Notes: generated from the sequence alone by a model not told the origin. Positions 20,168-30,521 are shown, counted from the first letter of the stretch. The stretch: DNA of 64,000 nucleotides from an uncultured archaeon (GCA_964587725.1 CAZPLO010000001.1:64001-128000); one strand, 5' to 3'. Translations and numbers: made by a program.

Positions 20168-21072
20168 TGTTTCAGCAGCACCACTCTGCTCTCCACCTGT
20201 TCGTCAACCACATCATAGGAGAGTTCATCGGCTATTTCAGATGCGAACGCCTTAACCTCCTCGTGAGAAGGCATATGGTCCATGGTGAGGCGGAGCCTGC
20301 TGCCGCCGACGAACATGTAAGCCTTCACCTCAATGAAATCAGGTTCGGCCTTCGAGATGAGGCGGGCGTAACCCTTAGGGTCCTTCATGTTCAACCCCTT
20401 CACAGAGGTAACCCGCACCACCGTCCTCGTGTCGAGGGAAGGGAACAGCTCCAAGGTCCGGTTGAACCGTTCCCACGAATCCGGCAGCATGGGAAACGCA
20501 GTCCTGAAATAGGTTTCTTTGTCCGGCGCCACGAGCGAAACATACATGTTAGTTGGCAGAGCATCCAGGGACTCGATGCGCTTCGGGAGCGTGCCATTCG
20601 ACACCAGGTAGGTGGTCATTCCATGGCGTTTGAAGCCCTCCAGCAGCCCGCTCAGATGCGGGTAGATGGTGGGTTCCCCTGCGAGGCTCACCGCCACCTG
20701 ATTCGGCTTGCATGCCTCCTCAAACATGCGTTTATCCACGATTACTGAGCCTTTGAAGCCCGATATCGCCTGGCGGTGGGCTTGGAGACATCCTTCTATG
20801 ACCTCCTCCGGCTCCTCCCACTGGACATCATCATGGTCGAGGGTGTATTCGGTGTTCCGCCAGCAGAACAGGCAGCGGTGTGTACACCATCCGACGGCGG
20901 GGGTCATCTGCATGCACCGGTGGCTTTCGATGCCGTAGAACCTCTGCTTGTAGCAGACGCCTTCGCCGCGGAGGCTCTTCTTCAGCCACATGCACGGCTT
21001 CACAGCACTATGGACTCCCACAAGGGCGTAGTGCTGCTTCCGCAGCAGAGCCCTGAATTCAGGGGGCAACAT
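20164..21072 (-). CDS. taw1: 4-demethylwyosine synthase (radical SAM)
   Basis: HSAVKPCMW, CYKQRFYGIESHRC, CxxxCxxC, SLAGEPT, EVKAYM. Confidence 0.93.
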   Translation of the reverse strand: MLPPEFRALLRKQHYALVGVHSAVKPCMWLKKSLRGEGVCYKQRFYGIESHRCMQMTPAVGWCTHRCLFCWRNTEYTLDHDDVQWEEPEEVIEGCLQAHRQAISGFKGSVIVDKRMFEEACKPNQVAVSLAGEPTIYPHLSGLLEGFKRHGMTTYLVSNGTLPKRIESLDALPTNMYVSLVAPDKETYFRTAFPMLPDSWERFNRTLELFPSLDTRTVVRVTSVKGLNMKDPKGYARLISKAEPDFIEVKAYMFVGGSRLRLTMDHMPSHEEVKAFASEIADELSYDVVDEQVESRVVLLKH

Positions 21073-21132
21073 AGTATTGTTTTTAAAGCTGAATTCTTAA
21101 TAAACTGTAGCAATTCCCTGTGGGGTGAACAC

Positions 21133-21378
21133 ATGGTAACCTATATTATTGCACGGCAGCTCGGTGGAAAACCTGTTATAACCGTCGGCGGAGAGGAATT
21201 AGGCCGCTTGGACGACGTGATCGTCGACGAATCAACCGGAGACTTCATATCCATAATAGTGGAGCCGGTAGCCGAGGCGCCCCCGCGAGTGGCCTACCCG
21301 AAAGACAAGGAAGGCAACTACGTAATCCCCTACGACGCAGTCAACGCCGTCAGCAAGGTGGTCGTAGTCAAGGAGTAG
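21133..21378 (+). CDS. PRC-barrel domain protein
   Basis: LGGKPVITVGGEELGRLDDVIVDESTG...IPYDAVNAVSKVVVV; GGTGA RBS before ATG 21133. Confidence 0.85.
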   Translation: MVTYIIARQLGGKPVITVGGEELGRLDDVIVDESTGDFISIIVEPVAEAPPRVAYPKDKEGNYVIPYDAVNAVSKVVVVKE

Positions 21379-21931
21379 ACTCGTTCTCCCAGTACACACT
21401 GACTCTGGCTTCAGCGGAGTTCACCACATTCCATCCGGAATCCACGACCTCCGCACGCAGTATATGATTTTTCTCTGCGACGCCGGGCAGCACCCGAACC
21501 TGAAACGGCAACACAACGGCCTCTCCAGCTTCCAAATCCACTATAACCGGGTTTTTGCTCTCAACCCTGAACCCGTTGGGCGGCTTAAGCTCGAGCAGGT
21601 ACTCCCTGTCCTCCATGGACCTGAACACCGCATTGACGGTGAACGACTCCCCGTTGCGCACCCGGCCGGAGTGGACCAGCTTAAAACCCTCCGAACCTAT
21701 GCCGCCGTCACAGGAAGTGCATTCGCTGGCCCAGCAGCAGACGGGACAGACGTAGCAGACGTCGGGGCTGGAGCAGGAGCAGTCGCCGCAGCACGCCGGC
21801 GTAGCGCCCAACACAGCATACCCTGAAGGCATGTCAGCCGGAAGCGACATGGACTCATACAGTATGCCAGCGACTGTCAGAACGCCAAGGATGAGCACCG
21901 CATACTCCAGATACTTCAGCTCAGGGTCCAT
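21368..21931 (-). CDS. Membrane-anchored protein with Cys-rich segment and Ig-like domain
   Basis: MDPELKYLEYAVLILGVL TM; CCGDCSC..C..C..CC; the upstream part of the listed ORF is antisense to the next gene. Confidence 0.6.
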   Translation of the reverse strand: MDPELKYLEYAVLILGVLTVAGILYESMSLPADMPSGYAVLGATPACCGDCSCSSPDVCYVCPVCCWASECTSCDGGIGSEGFKLVHSGRVRNGESFTVNAVFRSMEDREYLLELKPPNGFRVESKNPVIVDLEAGEAVVLPFQVRVLPGVAEKNHILRAEVVDSGWNVVNSAEARVSVYWENESTP

Positions 21932-21986
21932 CCAGTTAATACTGGGCTGTGATGGATTATATATCATTATAAAAACATAAGATAAC

Positions 21987-23234
21987 GTGAAACCCCTCAT
22001 CCTCTGCGTAGACCGCGACGACGACATCGGACGGAACGTCGGCGTCCAAGGGCCAATCGTGGGCCGTGGAGAGAACCTGGACGTGGCCCAGAAGCTCGCG
22101 CTGGCCGACCCGGCCGACACAGATGTCAATGCACTATACGGAGCGTTGAAGCTGGCGGGCGAATTAGACGCGGAAGTCGTTACGTTGACCGGGGACCAGA
22201 ACGTCGGCGTGGTGTCCGACCGGGAGGTAGCCATACAATTGGACGAGGTCATACAGGATCTGAAACCATCCTCCGTTATTTTCGTCTCCGACGGACTGGA
22301 TGACGAGCAGGTGATACCGCTGATACAGTCTCGGGTGAAGATAGACTCCGTGCAGACGATAACGGTGAGACAGAGCAAGGAACTGGAGAAAGCATACTTC
22401 AAGCTAGCCCACTTCATAAAGGAGGTGACGGAGGACCCAAACCTCTCCCGCCTCATATTCGGCGTCCCCGGTCTCGCGCTACTGCTCCTCGCGTTAGGCG
22501 GCGCGCGGGCATTGAGCCTCATAATGGGCGTAGTCGGCGCATACCTTGTCATACGGGGCTTCGGGTGGGAGGAGGAATTCTTCAACAAAACCAGCGAGTT
22601 CCTGAAGTCTCTGTCTGTGGAACGCATCAGCACGGTAGTGTATTTCATAGCGTTCGTCACGTTCGCGCTGGGGATGAGCTACGCCTACGGGGACCTGCAG
22701 AAGAGCGCATTGTCGTTCACCGACTTCAACACCACATTGAACACGCTGGCGCTGTTCATACTGAACAGCAGCAGCGTCAACCTCATCACCTTGACCGTTG
22801 TTACGGTAATAGCGGCGAGGATGGTGGACGACTGGACAGCGAAACGGTTCATACAGGTCCGGCGGTACTTCATACTGGCGGCGTTCATACTGCTCATCCG
22901 CGTCGTCCTGGAGGCCGGCGCACGCTACATGATAAACGAGGACTTCGGGTTCGGCAACTTCATGCTCAACGGCATACTCGGCGTCGTATCCCTCGCCATC
23001 TGGATACGGATGACGGAGTACTTCTTCATACAGGAGATAGAGGTGATAGACCGCATAACCCGTGAAACAGAGGGGAAGGAAGTCTACGACGCCGAAGGCA
23101 AACGCATAGGGAAGGTCAGCAGGGCTGTTGTGGAGGACCTGGAGCTTAAGGATATACGGGTGGGCCGCATAACCATCCCCAAGGACAAGATAGTCTCGGT
23201 GGGGGACACCGTTGTCGTCGAAGCCGAGAAATAG
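21987..23234 (+). CDS. DUF373-family membrane protein with C-terminal PRC-barrel
   Basis: LILCVDRDDDIG, DP.DTDVNA, VSDG.DDE, VRQS; C-terminal GKEVYDAEGKRIGKV. Confidence 0.85.
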   Translation: MKPLILCVDRDDDIGRNVGVQGPIVGRGENLDVAQKLALADPADTDVNALYGALKLAGELDAEVVTLTGDQNVGVVSDREVAIQLDEVIQDLKPSSVIFVSDGLDDEQVIPLIQSRVKIDSVQTITVRQSKELEKAYFKLAHFIKEVTEDPNLSRLIFGVPGLALLLLALGGARALSLIMGVVGAYLVIRGFGWEEEFFNKTSEFLKSLSVERISTVVYFIAFVTFALGMSYAYGDLQKSALSFTDFNTTLNTLALFILNSSSVNLITLTVVTVIAARMVDDWTAKRFIQVRRYFILAAFILLIRVVLEAGARYMINEDFGFGNFMLNGILGVVSLAIWIRMTEYFFIQEIEVIDRITRETEGKEVYDAEGKRIGKVSRAVVEDLELKDIRVGRITIPKDKIVSVGDTVVVEAEK

Positions 23235-23268
23235 TGACTTATATTGTTATCCTTCGGTAACCTATACA

Positions 23269-24585
23269 ATGGCAGTTGAAAGAAAGAAACATCCCACAGA
23301 ACCCGTGAAAACCCCCGAGGAACTCAGCCACGAAAAACTGCTTAAAGAATACCAGGAACTCTCCGGCGCCATGGAGAGGATGAAGGGGGTGTTCAGGAGG
23401 AGCAGGGAGCAGACACACATGCAGGCCGCGGGACGGATGGAGGCAGAACAAAAAGCCCTCATAGACCCCCTGACCGGGTTATACAACAAAAGATTTCTCT
23501 TGGGCGGGGAGGGCGTGGACGGGGAACTCTACAAGGCGGTGTCGCTGGCGTGGCGGGAACACCGGCCGGTTTCACTGGCGGTGATAGACATCGACCACTT
23601 CAAACAGGTGAACGACAACCTCGGCCACGACATAGGGGATGAGGCGTTGAAGAAGGTGGCGGACATAATCAGGAAGACCGTTCGTTCCTCAGACTTCGAG
23701 GTCCGCTTCGGCGGCGAAGAATTCGTGGTCGTGCTGCCGAACACGGACACGGGCGGGGCTAAGGCGTTCGGGGAGAAGCTCAGGAAGACGGTTGATGAGG
23801 AAGACTTCAGATTCAAAGGAACAGACGTCGACGCCAACCAGCCCGGGAACAGGCTGACCGTCAGCGTGGGAGTAGCTTCATACCCCCCGTACCAGAAAAT
23901 CTACGGGATAGGCGCCCACAGTAAACGCGACTTCGAGGCGTACAAGCTGGGCGTCGCAGAAGATTTGTTCAAGGACGCCGACAACGCCCTCTACCAGTCC
24001 AAGAAGAAGGGGAGGAACCGGGTGTCCGTGGCAGGCAACCACAACGCCGAAGTAGCCAGGGTGTCGGGGATGCTAGCCACCGAGATGGGGTTGAGCAAAG
24101 AGGACGTTAAAACCATCCGGGAAGCCGCCGTACTACACGACGTCGGCAAACTGCTGATTCCATGGAGCATACTCCACAAGCAGGGGAAACTTACGGAGGA
24201 GGAATACGAGGAGATGATGAAACATCCCGTCAGAGGCGCCAAGCTGCTGGAGGCTCAGGAGAGGGTTGATCAGAAGCCGAAGGTCATAAACACCGACCCG
24301 GATAAGGTGATACCGTATGTGAAGCACCACCATGAACGGTGGGACGGCAGCGGATACCCCGACGGCATTAAAGGGGAGGATATACCCTTGGGGGCTCGGA
24401 TAATAGCCGTCGCCGACGCCTATGAAGCCATGACCTCCTACGACTCCGAGAGAAGCTACAACGGCGACAAACGCGTGGACCGGGCTTTGAAGGAGCTTCG
24501 ATTAGGATCGGGCAACCAGTTCGACCCTACAGTGGTCAACGCCTTCATGCGACTGGCTGAGAACGGCAGGATCAAATCGCCTTAA
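23269..24585 (+). CDS. Diguanylate cyclase (GGDEF) / HD-GYP phosphodiesterase fusion
   Basis: DPLTGLYN, DIDHFKQVND.LGH..GD, RSSD I-site, RFGGEEF, ADNALY.SK..GRN; LHDVGK, HHERWDGSGYPDG, ARIIAVADAYEAMT. Confidence 0.92.
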   Translation: MAVERKKHPTEPVKTPEELSHEKLLKEYQELSGAMERMKGVFRRSREQTHMQAAGRMEAEQKALIDPLTGLYNKRFLLGGEGVDGELYKAVSLAWREHRPVSLAVIDIDHFKQVNDNLGHDIGDEALKKVADIIRKTVRSSDFEVRFGGEEFVVVLPNTDTGGAKAFGEKLRKTVDEEDFRFKGTDVDANQPGNRLTVSVGVASYPPYQKIYGIGAHSKRDFEAYKLGVAEDLFKDADNALYQSKKKGRNRVSVAGNHNAEVARVSGMLATEMGLSKEDVKTIREAAVLHDVGKLLIPWSILHKQGKLTEEEYEEMMKHPVRGAKLLEAQERVDQKPKVINTDPDKVIPYVKHHHERWDGSGYPDGIKGEDIPLGARIIAVADAYEAMTSYDSERSYNGDKRVDRALKELRLGSGNQFDPTVVNAFMRLAENGRIKSP

Positions 24586-25193
24586 CTGCAGCAGATTTTC
24601 TCCAGCTTCTGTATGGAATCCTTGCCACCTATCACTATGAGCGTGTCGCCCTCCTTCACAACCGTGTTTTTACCTGGGTTGTATATCCATCCGCCACCAC
24701 GTTTCACCGCCCGGACATAGCAGCCGGTCTCGCTGAACAGCCGGTATTCGCCCAGAGTCTTACCAGTCAACGCAGACCCCTTATTAACCACCATCTTAAC
24801 CACCTGCTCCTCCGCCTCGTCCATGAGGCTCTGGTACACGGGGTGGTCGCCGACACCACGTATGACCACGTCGACTATGTCGTTTGCGGCGTCGGATATG
24901 CGCTCCGCGGACCTTGCAACATGCATTATGCCTGTGAGGTCTGCGGCCTCCTCCGGGTTCCTTGCAGCCAGCATACAGAGTATCTCTATCTCGTACTGGA
25001 GGTTGTCCATCAATTCCTCCAAGTCCTCCACCTCCTCGGCGATGGCGGTGCTGTTTGTCAGCAGCGCCGAATAAGCCAGGTCTATAATCAGCTCGGAGGT
25101 GTCCTTCATCTCCACCAGTATGTCCTTCACGTTCCGCCGCTTCTGCAGCGCGCCCTCGGCTATCTCATCCAGTTCTATGTCTTCCTCAACCAT
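24582..25193 (-). CDS. PhoU + TrkA-C (RCK_C) domain protein
   Basis: LVEMKDTSELIIDLAYSA, ERISDAA, C-terminal AVKRGG..YNP..GDTL. Confidence 0.85.
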   Translation of the reverse strand: MVEEDIELDEIAEGALQKRRNVKDILVEMKDTSELIIDLAYSALLTNSTAIAEEVEDLEELMDNLQYEIEILCMLAARNPEEAADLTGIMHVARSAERISDAANDIVDVVIRGVGDHPVYQSLMDEAEEQVVKMVVNKGSALTGKTLGEYRLFSETGCYVRAVKRGGGWIYNPGKNTVVKEGDTLIVIGGKDSIQKLEKICCS

Positions 25194-25230
25194 TTGGTTC
25201 AACCCGTGTCATTTTATGAAAATTCCATGA

Positions 25231-25800
25231 TTAAATACCCGCCACCACCCGAATGCTAACCAGCAGACACAACACCGTAATAATGTCCCCCACCGTAGCC
25301 AGCGACGGAGCCAAAACGTTGTCGGGGTCGTATCCGCGGGAGTACGTTAGGAGCGCCAGAGACACCGTCAACCCGGACAGCAGCATGCCGGCGAAAGTGC
25401 CCGCCAGCAGAGCAATCAGGGTTAAATCAAATATGCTGGCTGGGGCCTTGTCTGCGAACCCGGTGAAGGAGTATGCAAAATACGCCGCCACACCGGAGAA
25501 AAAGGACATGATGGTGTTGAGGATGAGGGAGGCTAGTAAGTTTTCGGAAAGCGTCTGGTTCCACTTCAGCTCCGGTTGAATCAAACCCAGGTGGAGGGCG
25601 GACGCGATTCGGGAACCCAGAGCACCGCTTATGTTGCCGCGCATGCCCAACACCGCAGGCAACAGGATGAGAACCCCCGGCACGTCGGTCAACTCCGTCT
25701 TCAGCGACTCCAGCATCAACCCCGCCACCACACCGCCCAATGCACACAACATGAATATGGGTATGCTCTGCTTCAGTATACTCTTCGCCATGGCGGGCAT
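25231..25800 (-). CDS. MgtE-family divalent cation transporter, membrane domain
   Basis: PAVLGMRGNISGALGSR, DPDN..P..TVGD. Confidence 0.88.
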   Translation of the reverse strand: MPAMAKSILKQSIPIFMLCALGGVVAGLMLESLKTELTDVPGVLILLPAVLGMRGNISGALGSRIASALHLGLIQPELKWNQTLSENLLASLILNTIMSFFSGVAAYFAYSFTGFADKAPASIFDLTLIALLAGTFAGMLLSGLTVSLALLTYSRGYDPDNVLAPSLATVGDIITVLCLLVSIRVVAGI

Positions 25801-25830
25801 AACAATATATAAGACACATATAATAAGAAG

Positions 25831-26253
25831 ATGAGGTCCAGAAGGGTTGAATCAACAGGGGAATACGTTTGCAGGCTCACGCACGACGCCGACGGACTGG
25901 AGGATATAAAAACTTTCGCGGCGGAGAACAACATAACGTCGGGTGTGTTCACGCTCATAGGCGCGGTGCAGTCCGCTTCCATAGGATACTACGACCAGAA
26001 CGAGCATGTGTACCGGAAGCGGCAAATCAACGAGGCTTTGGAGATTGTGTCCTGCACAGGAAACATATGCTTGAAAGACGGCGAAGCGTTCGTCCACGCC
26101 CACGCCGTCCTCGCATACGAAGACGGCAGCACGGTGGGAGGACACCTCACTGCGATGAAGGTATTCGCGGGGGAAATGCACCTGAAGGCTTTCGAGAAAC
26201 CTGTGGAGAGGGTGCCGGACGACGAGACAAGCCTCAGCCTAATGAACCTGTAA
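25831..26253 (+). CDS. PPC/DUF296 domain protein
   Basis: IGAV, EIVSCTGN, HAHAVL, GGHL. Confidence 0.88.
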   Translation: MRSRRVESTGEYVCRLTHDADGLEDIKTFAAENNITSGVFTLIGAVQSASIGYYDQNEHVYRKRQINEALEIVSCTGNICLKDGEAFVHAHAVLAYEDGSTVGGHLTAMKVFAGEMHLKAFEKPVERVPDDETSLSLMNL

Positions 26254-27138
26254 TATGGATAGGAATATCATCTCCAGCAGGCTGCCGAAGTAGATGGTAG
26301 CTAATAGGCTGAGGAACAGTATGGGAGCGAACTTCACACCCCACTTGATTTCCATCGTCTCCGGCAGCTTACCCGCCGCCGAAAACTCCCGTATCCTGGC
26401 CAGCTGCTCGGGAGTAACACCCTCGATATTCCTCTTAGAGGCTATCTTGACCCCGTCAACCACGACGTCCTCTGCGACGATGTCCCATTCCCTCATATCC
26501 GACACCCTAACGGTCTTCCGCAATACTGTGTTCTCCACGGTCTTCATATACACGGAAGCCATGACAAGAAGAGGCACCAGCAGGTATATGAGGGACAAAG
26601 TGCTGAAGCCGAAGTACAGGGCTATCAAGAGTGGGGTGAAACTCAATAGCAGAGCCAGCATCACCTTGCGCTCGCGAAGGTTGTTCGAGAACGCGGTGAA
26701 CGCATGCGGCTTCATAAACCCCAATACGAGAGTGTACAGTATCACATACGGCGTGGACAACACAGCCATGTTTATAAAATAGGTAAATCCAGGAGGTATG
26801 GGGTGGGTGACGAATGAACTCAGCGGCCACACATACCCCGTAGAGTCCAGGTAGCCTATGAGGCAGCCGACACCCGCCAGCAGTTTCACGTCGCCGCCGC
26901 CCCACTGGCCGAGCACGAACAATGCGTAGCCGACCGCCAGCATGACAGCCCCCATGTACGCAGACCGGAGTATGTGGTGTATGTTGCCATCCGATACCGT
27001 GTGAACCAACGCCAGCAACAGCAGTAAAGCCGCCAATCCGACGCTACATATTTCAGGTATCTCGCTTGTTTTGAGGTCCTCTATACTGGCCCATAGAAGA
27101 GCGACGAGCGACAACCCTATGGCGACGGCAGGTAACAT
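26239..27138 (-). CDS. A24-family prepilin/prearchaellin peptidase
   Basis: ASIEDLKTSEIP, GGGDVKL (GxGD), C-terminal KFAP; many TM helices. Confidence 0.88.
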   Translation of the reverse strand: MLPAVAIGLSLVALLWASIEDLKTSEIPEICSVGLAALLLLLALVHTVSDGNIHHILRSAYMGAVMLAVGYALFVLGQWGGGDVKLLAGVGCLIGYLDSTGYVWPLSSFVTHPIPPGFTYFINMAVLSTPYVILYTLVLGFMKPHAFTAFSNNLRERKVMLALLLSFTPLLIALYFGFSTLSLIYLLVPLLVMASVYMKTVENTVLRKTVRVSDMREWDIVAEDVVVDGVKIASKRNIEGVTPEQLARIREFSAAGKLPETMEIKWGVKFAPILFLSLLATIYFGSLLEMIFLSILQVH

Positions 27139-27263
27139 CTCAACAGAATATTTGAGCCCCAGCGAATATAAACAATATTTTAAAAATAGTTTGGAATAAA
27201 GTATAAACTATTGATAAAGCCGTCACACCTGGCTTTTTAAGCCAGGTTTTCCTATTCTGTTCC

Positions 27264-27740
27264 ATGAGGAGCGCAACCCTAGTTATTTTTATCCTTCTGA
27301 CTTCAACAGCGTCCGCACAGACTGGAATCTGCTTCCTCGACGCGCTGATAAACGGCCTCGACACATTGGTTGACGCGTACTCGAACCTGCTGAACCCCAC
27401 AACCACGACAACCACGACAACAAGTACAACCACCACAACCACCACGACCACGACAACCACGACGGTCTCTTACACAACAACCACCAGCACAACCACCACG
27501 ACCACGACAACAACCATTTCAACCGGCGAGTGCATCAGCAGGGAGGACTGTCCGGAAGACAGCGAAACATACACCTGCAACTTCGCAGGCAACGTGGTCA
27601 GGAGCACCCGCGTATACTTCTGCAGCAACCCCGGCATGCCCGATTCACAGTGCAAGAGCAGGCTCACCACCAGGGAGATAGCCCTCTGCGGAAACGATGA
27701 AATATGCGTGGAAGGCGAACCCAAATGCGTCCCAGAATAA
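27264..27740 (+). CDS. Secreted Thr-rich, Cys-containing protein
   Basis: Signal peptide, long poly-Thr run, C-terminal Cys domain. Confidence 0.7.
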   Translation: MRSATLVIFILLTSTASAQTGICFLDALINGLDTLVDAYSNLLNPTTTTTTTTSTTTTTTTTTTTTTVSYTTTTSTTTTTTTTTISTGECISREDCPEDSETYTCNFAGNVVRSTRVYFCSNPGMPDSQCKSRLTTREIALCGNDEICVEGEPKCVPE

Positions 27741-27960
27741 GTAGATTAAATGGATTCTGGCGCCCACAAGCCAAAACCCCCAGTAGGAGCACATTGTTTA
27801 GTTACATAGTCGTGTTGCACTAGCATACATATTGCGTGTGGGCGGTTTGGTTGATTAAAAGCATACTCGTATTGACGTTGTTTTTGGTTGTGGGGGTTTA
27901 CCTTCACCATGGCTCTCCACGGGCGTAGCCAACGACGGCGAATACCTGTACCCACGCACC

Positions 27961-28224
27961 GTGGTGTCAAACGCCTATTCCTCTATACTGCCGTCCCTCA
28001 AAAGCAGGCACGTGTGCCCCAGAACCGGGAAACACTGCTACTACAACGACCACCTCGGATGCGAACACTTCCAGGGCCTCGAAAACAACAGGGTAGTGTG
28101 CTCATACCTGGAGCATGGAACAGGCTCAACGCCTCAGCTCAGGGGGGAACGGGAAATTAAGCACCGAAATAGACCAGCTCGCCTCCCTCATACACAAGCA
28201 CATGAAAGTCGTATTCGACCTTAA
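27961..28224 (+). CDS. Hypothetical small Cys/His protein
   Basis: CPRTGKHC..HLGCEH..VVC; overlaps the next ORF. Confidence 0.35.
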   Translation: MVSNAYSSILPSLKSRHVCPRTGKHCYYNDHLGCEHFQGLENNRVVCSYLEHGTGSTPQLRGEREIKHRNRPARLPHTQAHESRIRP

Positions 28225-28432
28225 GCTGGTGAAACATTTGAACAGCAAACCAGCAAGAATATATCAGCACCTGAAGTGCCTGGAGAAATACAAGTTCATA
28301 CAGATGGGGATGGACCCCGTCTACGGCGTAACAGTAGAATGGAAGGACGAGTCGGACCTCATATCCAACGGCTACAGCCAGTCCTCCATAAAAAACGAAC
28401 TCTCCAACAGGGGCAGAATAAGGCTGTCATAA
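28115..28432 (+). CDS. Hypothetical protein, possible winged-helix
   Basis: IYQHLKCLEKYKFIQM resembles a wHTH recognition helix and wing. Confidence 0.45.
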   Translation: MEQAQRLSSGGNGKLSTEIDQLASLIHKHMKVVFDLKLVKHLNSKPARIYQHLKCLEKYKFIQMGMDPVYGVTVEWKDESDLISNGYSQSSIKNELSNRGRIRLS

Positions 28433-28832
28433 CCTGGACCTCGCTTCTTCGGCGGCCACCGGCCTAGCCACACTGCTCCTAATAGGAACGTATTATCTGA
28501 CTTTCGTGGATGTTATGGCTGCTGGCCCTCCAGAAAAGCCGTCCGCATACGTTGAAACCATGGAGACAGTGGAATCCACGTCAACAACGGTTAGGACAAG
28601 GGATGCTGAGAGACGGACTGTGGAAGACAACTTCGACGGGTCTAACGAAGACGTGAACGTGGACGAGGGGGCGGCGGCGTACGTAACCACCACAGTACCC
28701 AAAGGGGTTGAGAGTAATCCTGTCAAAGAGCATGTGGACGGGTTTCAGCTGCCTGCTTCGGTGGGGTTCATAGTGTTGGGTGCATTAGTTCTATTGATAG
28801 TGGGTGACGCGGTGAGGGTTTCCAGGGGAGTG

Positions 28833-28854
28833 AAAAAAAAAAAAAAAAAGAAAA
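28833..28854 (-). terminator. Oligo-T terminator of the thermosome gene
   Basis: T17 run on the minus strand ~20 nt after the thermosome stop. Confidence 0.6.
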
Positions 28855-28868
28855 GAGGGAATGGACGG

Positions 28869-30521
28869 TTACATCATGTCCATTCCGCCCATGCCGCCGG
28901 GCGGCATACCGCCACCTGGGGGCATGCCGCCGCCCCTGGGCTTGCTGGATGCGATGACATCGTCTATGCGGAGTATCATCTCCGCAGCCTCGCCCGCGGA
29001 CTTGATGGCCTGGGTCTTAATCTTCAACGGCTCGATGATGCCCTTGACCCACAGGTCGGCTATCTTCGCCTTGTCCACGTAGACGCCCACCTTGGAGCCG
29101 TCCTTCTCCTCGTGCTTGGCCCGCATCTTCACCAAGGCGTCGATGGCGTCCATTCCCGCGCTCTCGGCGAGCGTCCTGGGGATTATCTCCATGGCGTCGG
29201 CGAACGCGTTAACAGCCAGCTGCTCGCGGCCTCCCACGGTGTCGGCGTATTTCCTCAGCTTCTGCGCCACCTCAATCTCGGGCGCGCCTCCGCCGGGGAC
29301 CACGTAGCCTACCTCAACCGCGGCCGCTACGCCGCCGAGGGCGTCGTTGACTGCCCTTTCAACTTCGTCGACGACGTGTTCCGTGCCGCCTCGTATCAGG
29401 AAGCTCACCGCCTTAGGGTTCTTGCACCCGCGGACGAACACCATCTCGTCCCCGGATATCTTCAGCTCCTCGACCACCTTCGCGGAACCGAGATCCGACT
29501 TGGTCAGGTCCTTGATGCTGGTGAGGACCCGTGCGCCGGTGGCCTTCGACAGCTTGTCCATGTCCGACTTCTTAACCCTGCGCACAGCAAATACTCCGGC
29601 CTTGCTGAGGAAGTGCTGTGCGAGGTCGTCGATGCCCTTCTGGCAGAACACCACGTTGGCGCCGCTCTTCACTACCTCGTCTACCATGTCCTTCAGCATG
29701 GATTCCTCCTGCTGGACGAACGCCTGCAGCTGCTCAGGACTGGTTATGCTTATCTCGGCATCGGTTTCGGTCTCCTTCACTTCTATGGCGACGTCGAGCA
29801 ACGCAATCTTAGCGTTCTCAACGCTCCTGGGCATCCCACTGTGGACGCGCTCCTTGTCTATGATAACACCCTCGATGAGTTCGCTGTCCTGCGTGGAAGC
29901 GCCCTGCTTCTTCTCCACCTGCACGTTGTCCAGGTCAACCACGAGCTTACCGTCTTCTTTTTCAGCCACCTGGCGGATGGCCTTGACGGAGAGCTTGGCC
30001 AGCATGTCCTTGCTCGCCTCCGCACCCTTCCCGGTCATGGCGGTGACCGCTATCTCCTCAAGAAGCTTCGTATCCTCCACCGTCACCTTCACAGCCATGT
30101 CGTTGAGTATGTCCTGCGCCTTCGCAGCAGCCATGCGGTATCCGAGGGCTATGATGGTGGGGTGGATGCTCTGGTCCAGCAGGTCCTCCGCCTTAGCCAG
30201 GAACTCGCCGGTCAACACCACCGCGGTGGTGGTTCCGTCTCCCACTTCGTCATCCTGGGTCTTGGCCACTTCGATGACCATCTTCGCCGCAGGATGCTCC
30301 ACATTCATCTCGTCGACGATAGTGGCGCCGTCGTTGGTTATGACGATGTCGCCCAGGTCGTCCACAAGCATCTTGTCCATTCCACGAGGCCCCAGAGTGC
30401 TTCTGACAGCCTCGGCAACAGCCTTGGCCGCCATAATGTTGTTCCTCTGGGCGTCTCTTCCTGTCGTCCTCAAAGCCCCTTCGGGCAGTATAATCACTTG
30501 TTGTCCTTGTGCCATTTTCAT
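28869..30521 (-). CDS. ths: Thermosome subunit (group II chaperonin)
   Basis: [28 protein letters not shown]-rich tail. Confidence 0.97.
   Translation of the reverse strand: MKMAQGQQVIILPEGALRTTGRDAQRNNIMAAKAVAEAVRSTLGPRGMDKMLVDDLGDIVITNDGATIVDEMNVEHPAAKMVIEVAKTQDDEVGDGTTTAVVLTGEFLAKAEDLLDQSIHPTIIALGYRMAAAKAQDILNDMAVKVTVEDTKLLEEIAVTAMTGKGAEASKDMLAKLSVKAIRQVAEKEDGKLVVDLDNVQVEKKQGASTQDSELIEGVIIDKERVHSGMPRSVENAKIALLDVAIEVKETETDAEISITSPEQLQAFVQQEESMLKDMVDEVVKSGANVVFCQKGIDDLAQHFLSKAGVFAVRRVKKSDMDKLSKATGARVLTSIKDLTKSDLGSAKVVEELKISGDEMVFVRGCKNPKAVSFLIRGGTEHVVDEVERAVNDALGGVAAAVEVGYVVPGGGAPEIEVAQKLRKYADTVGGREQLAVNAFADAMEIIPRTLAESAGMDAIDALVKMRAKHEEKDGSKVGVYVDKAKIADLWVKGIIEPLKIKTQAIKSAGEAAEMILRIDDVIASSKPRGGGMPPGGGMPPGGMGGMDMM

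Noticed and set aside
21932-22660. N-terminal half of the listed 430-aa minus-strand ORF
   Set aside because: Antisense to DUF373; the real gene likely starts at 21931
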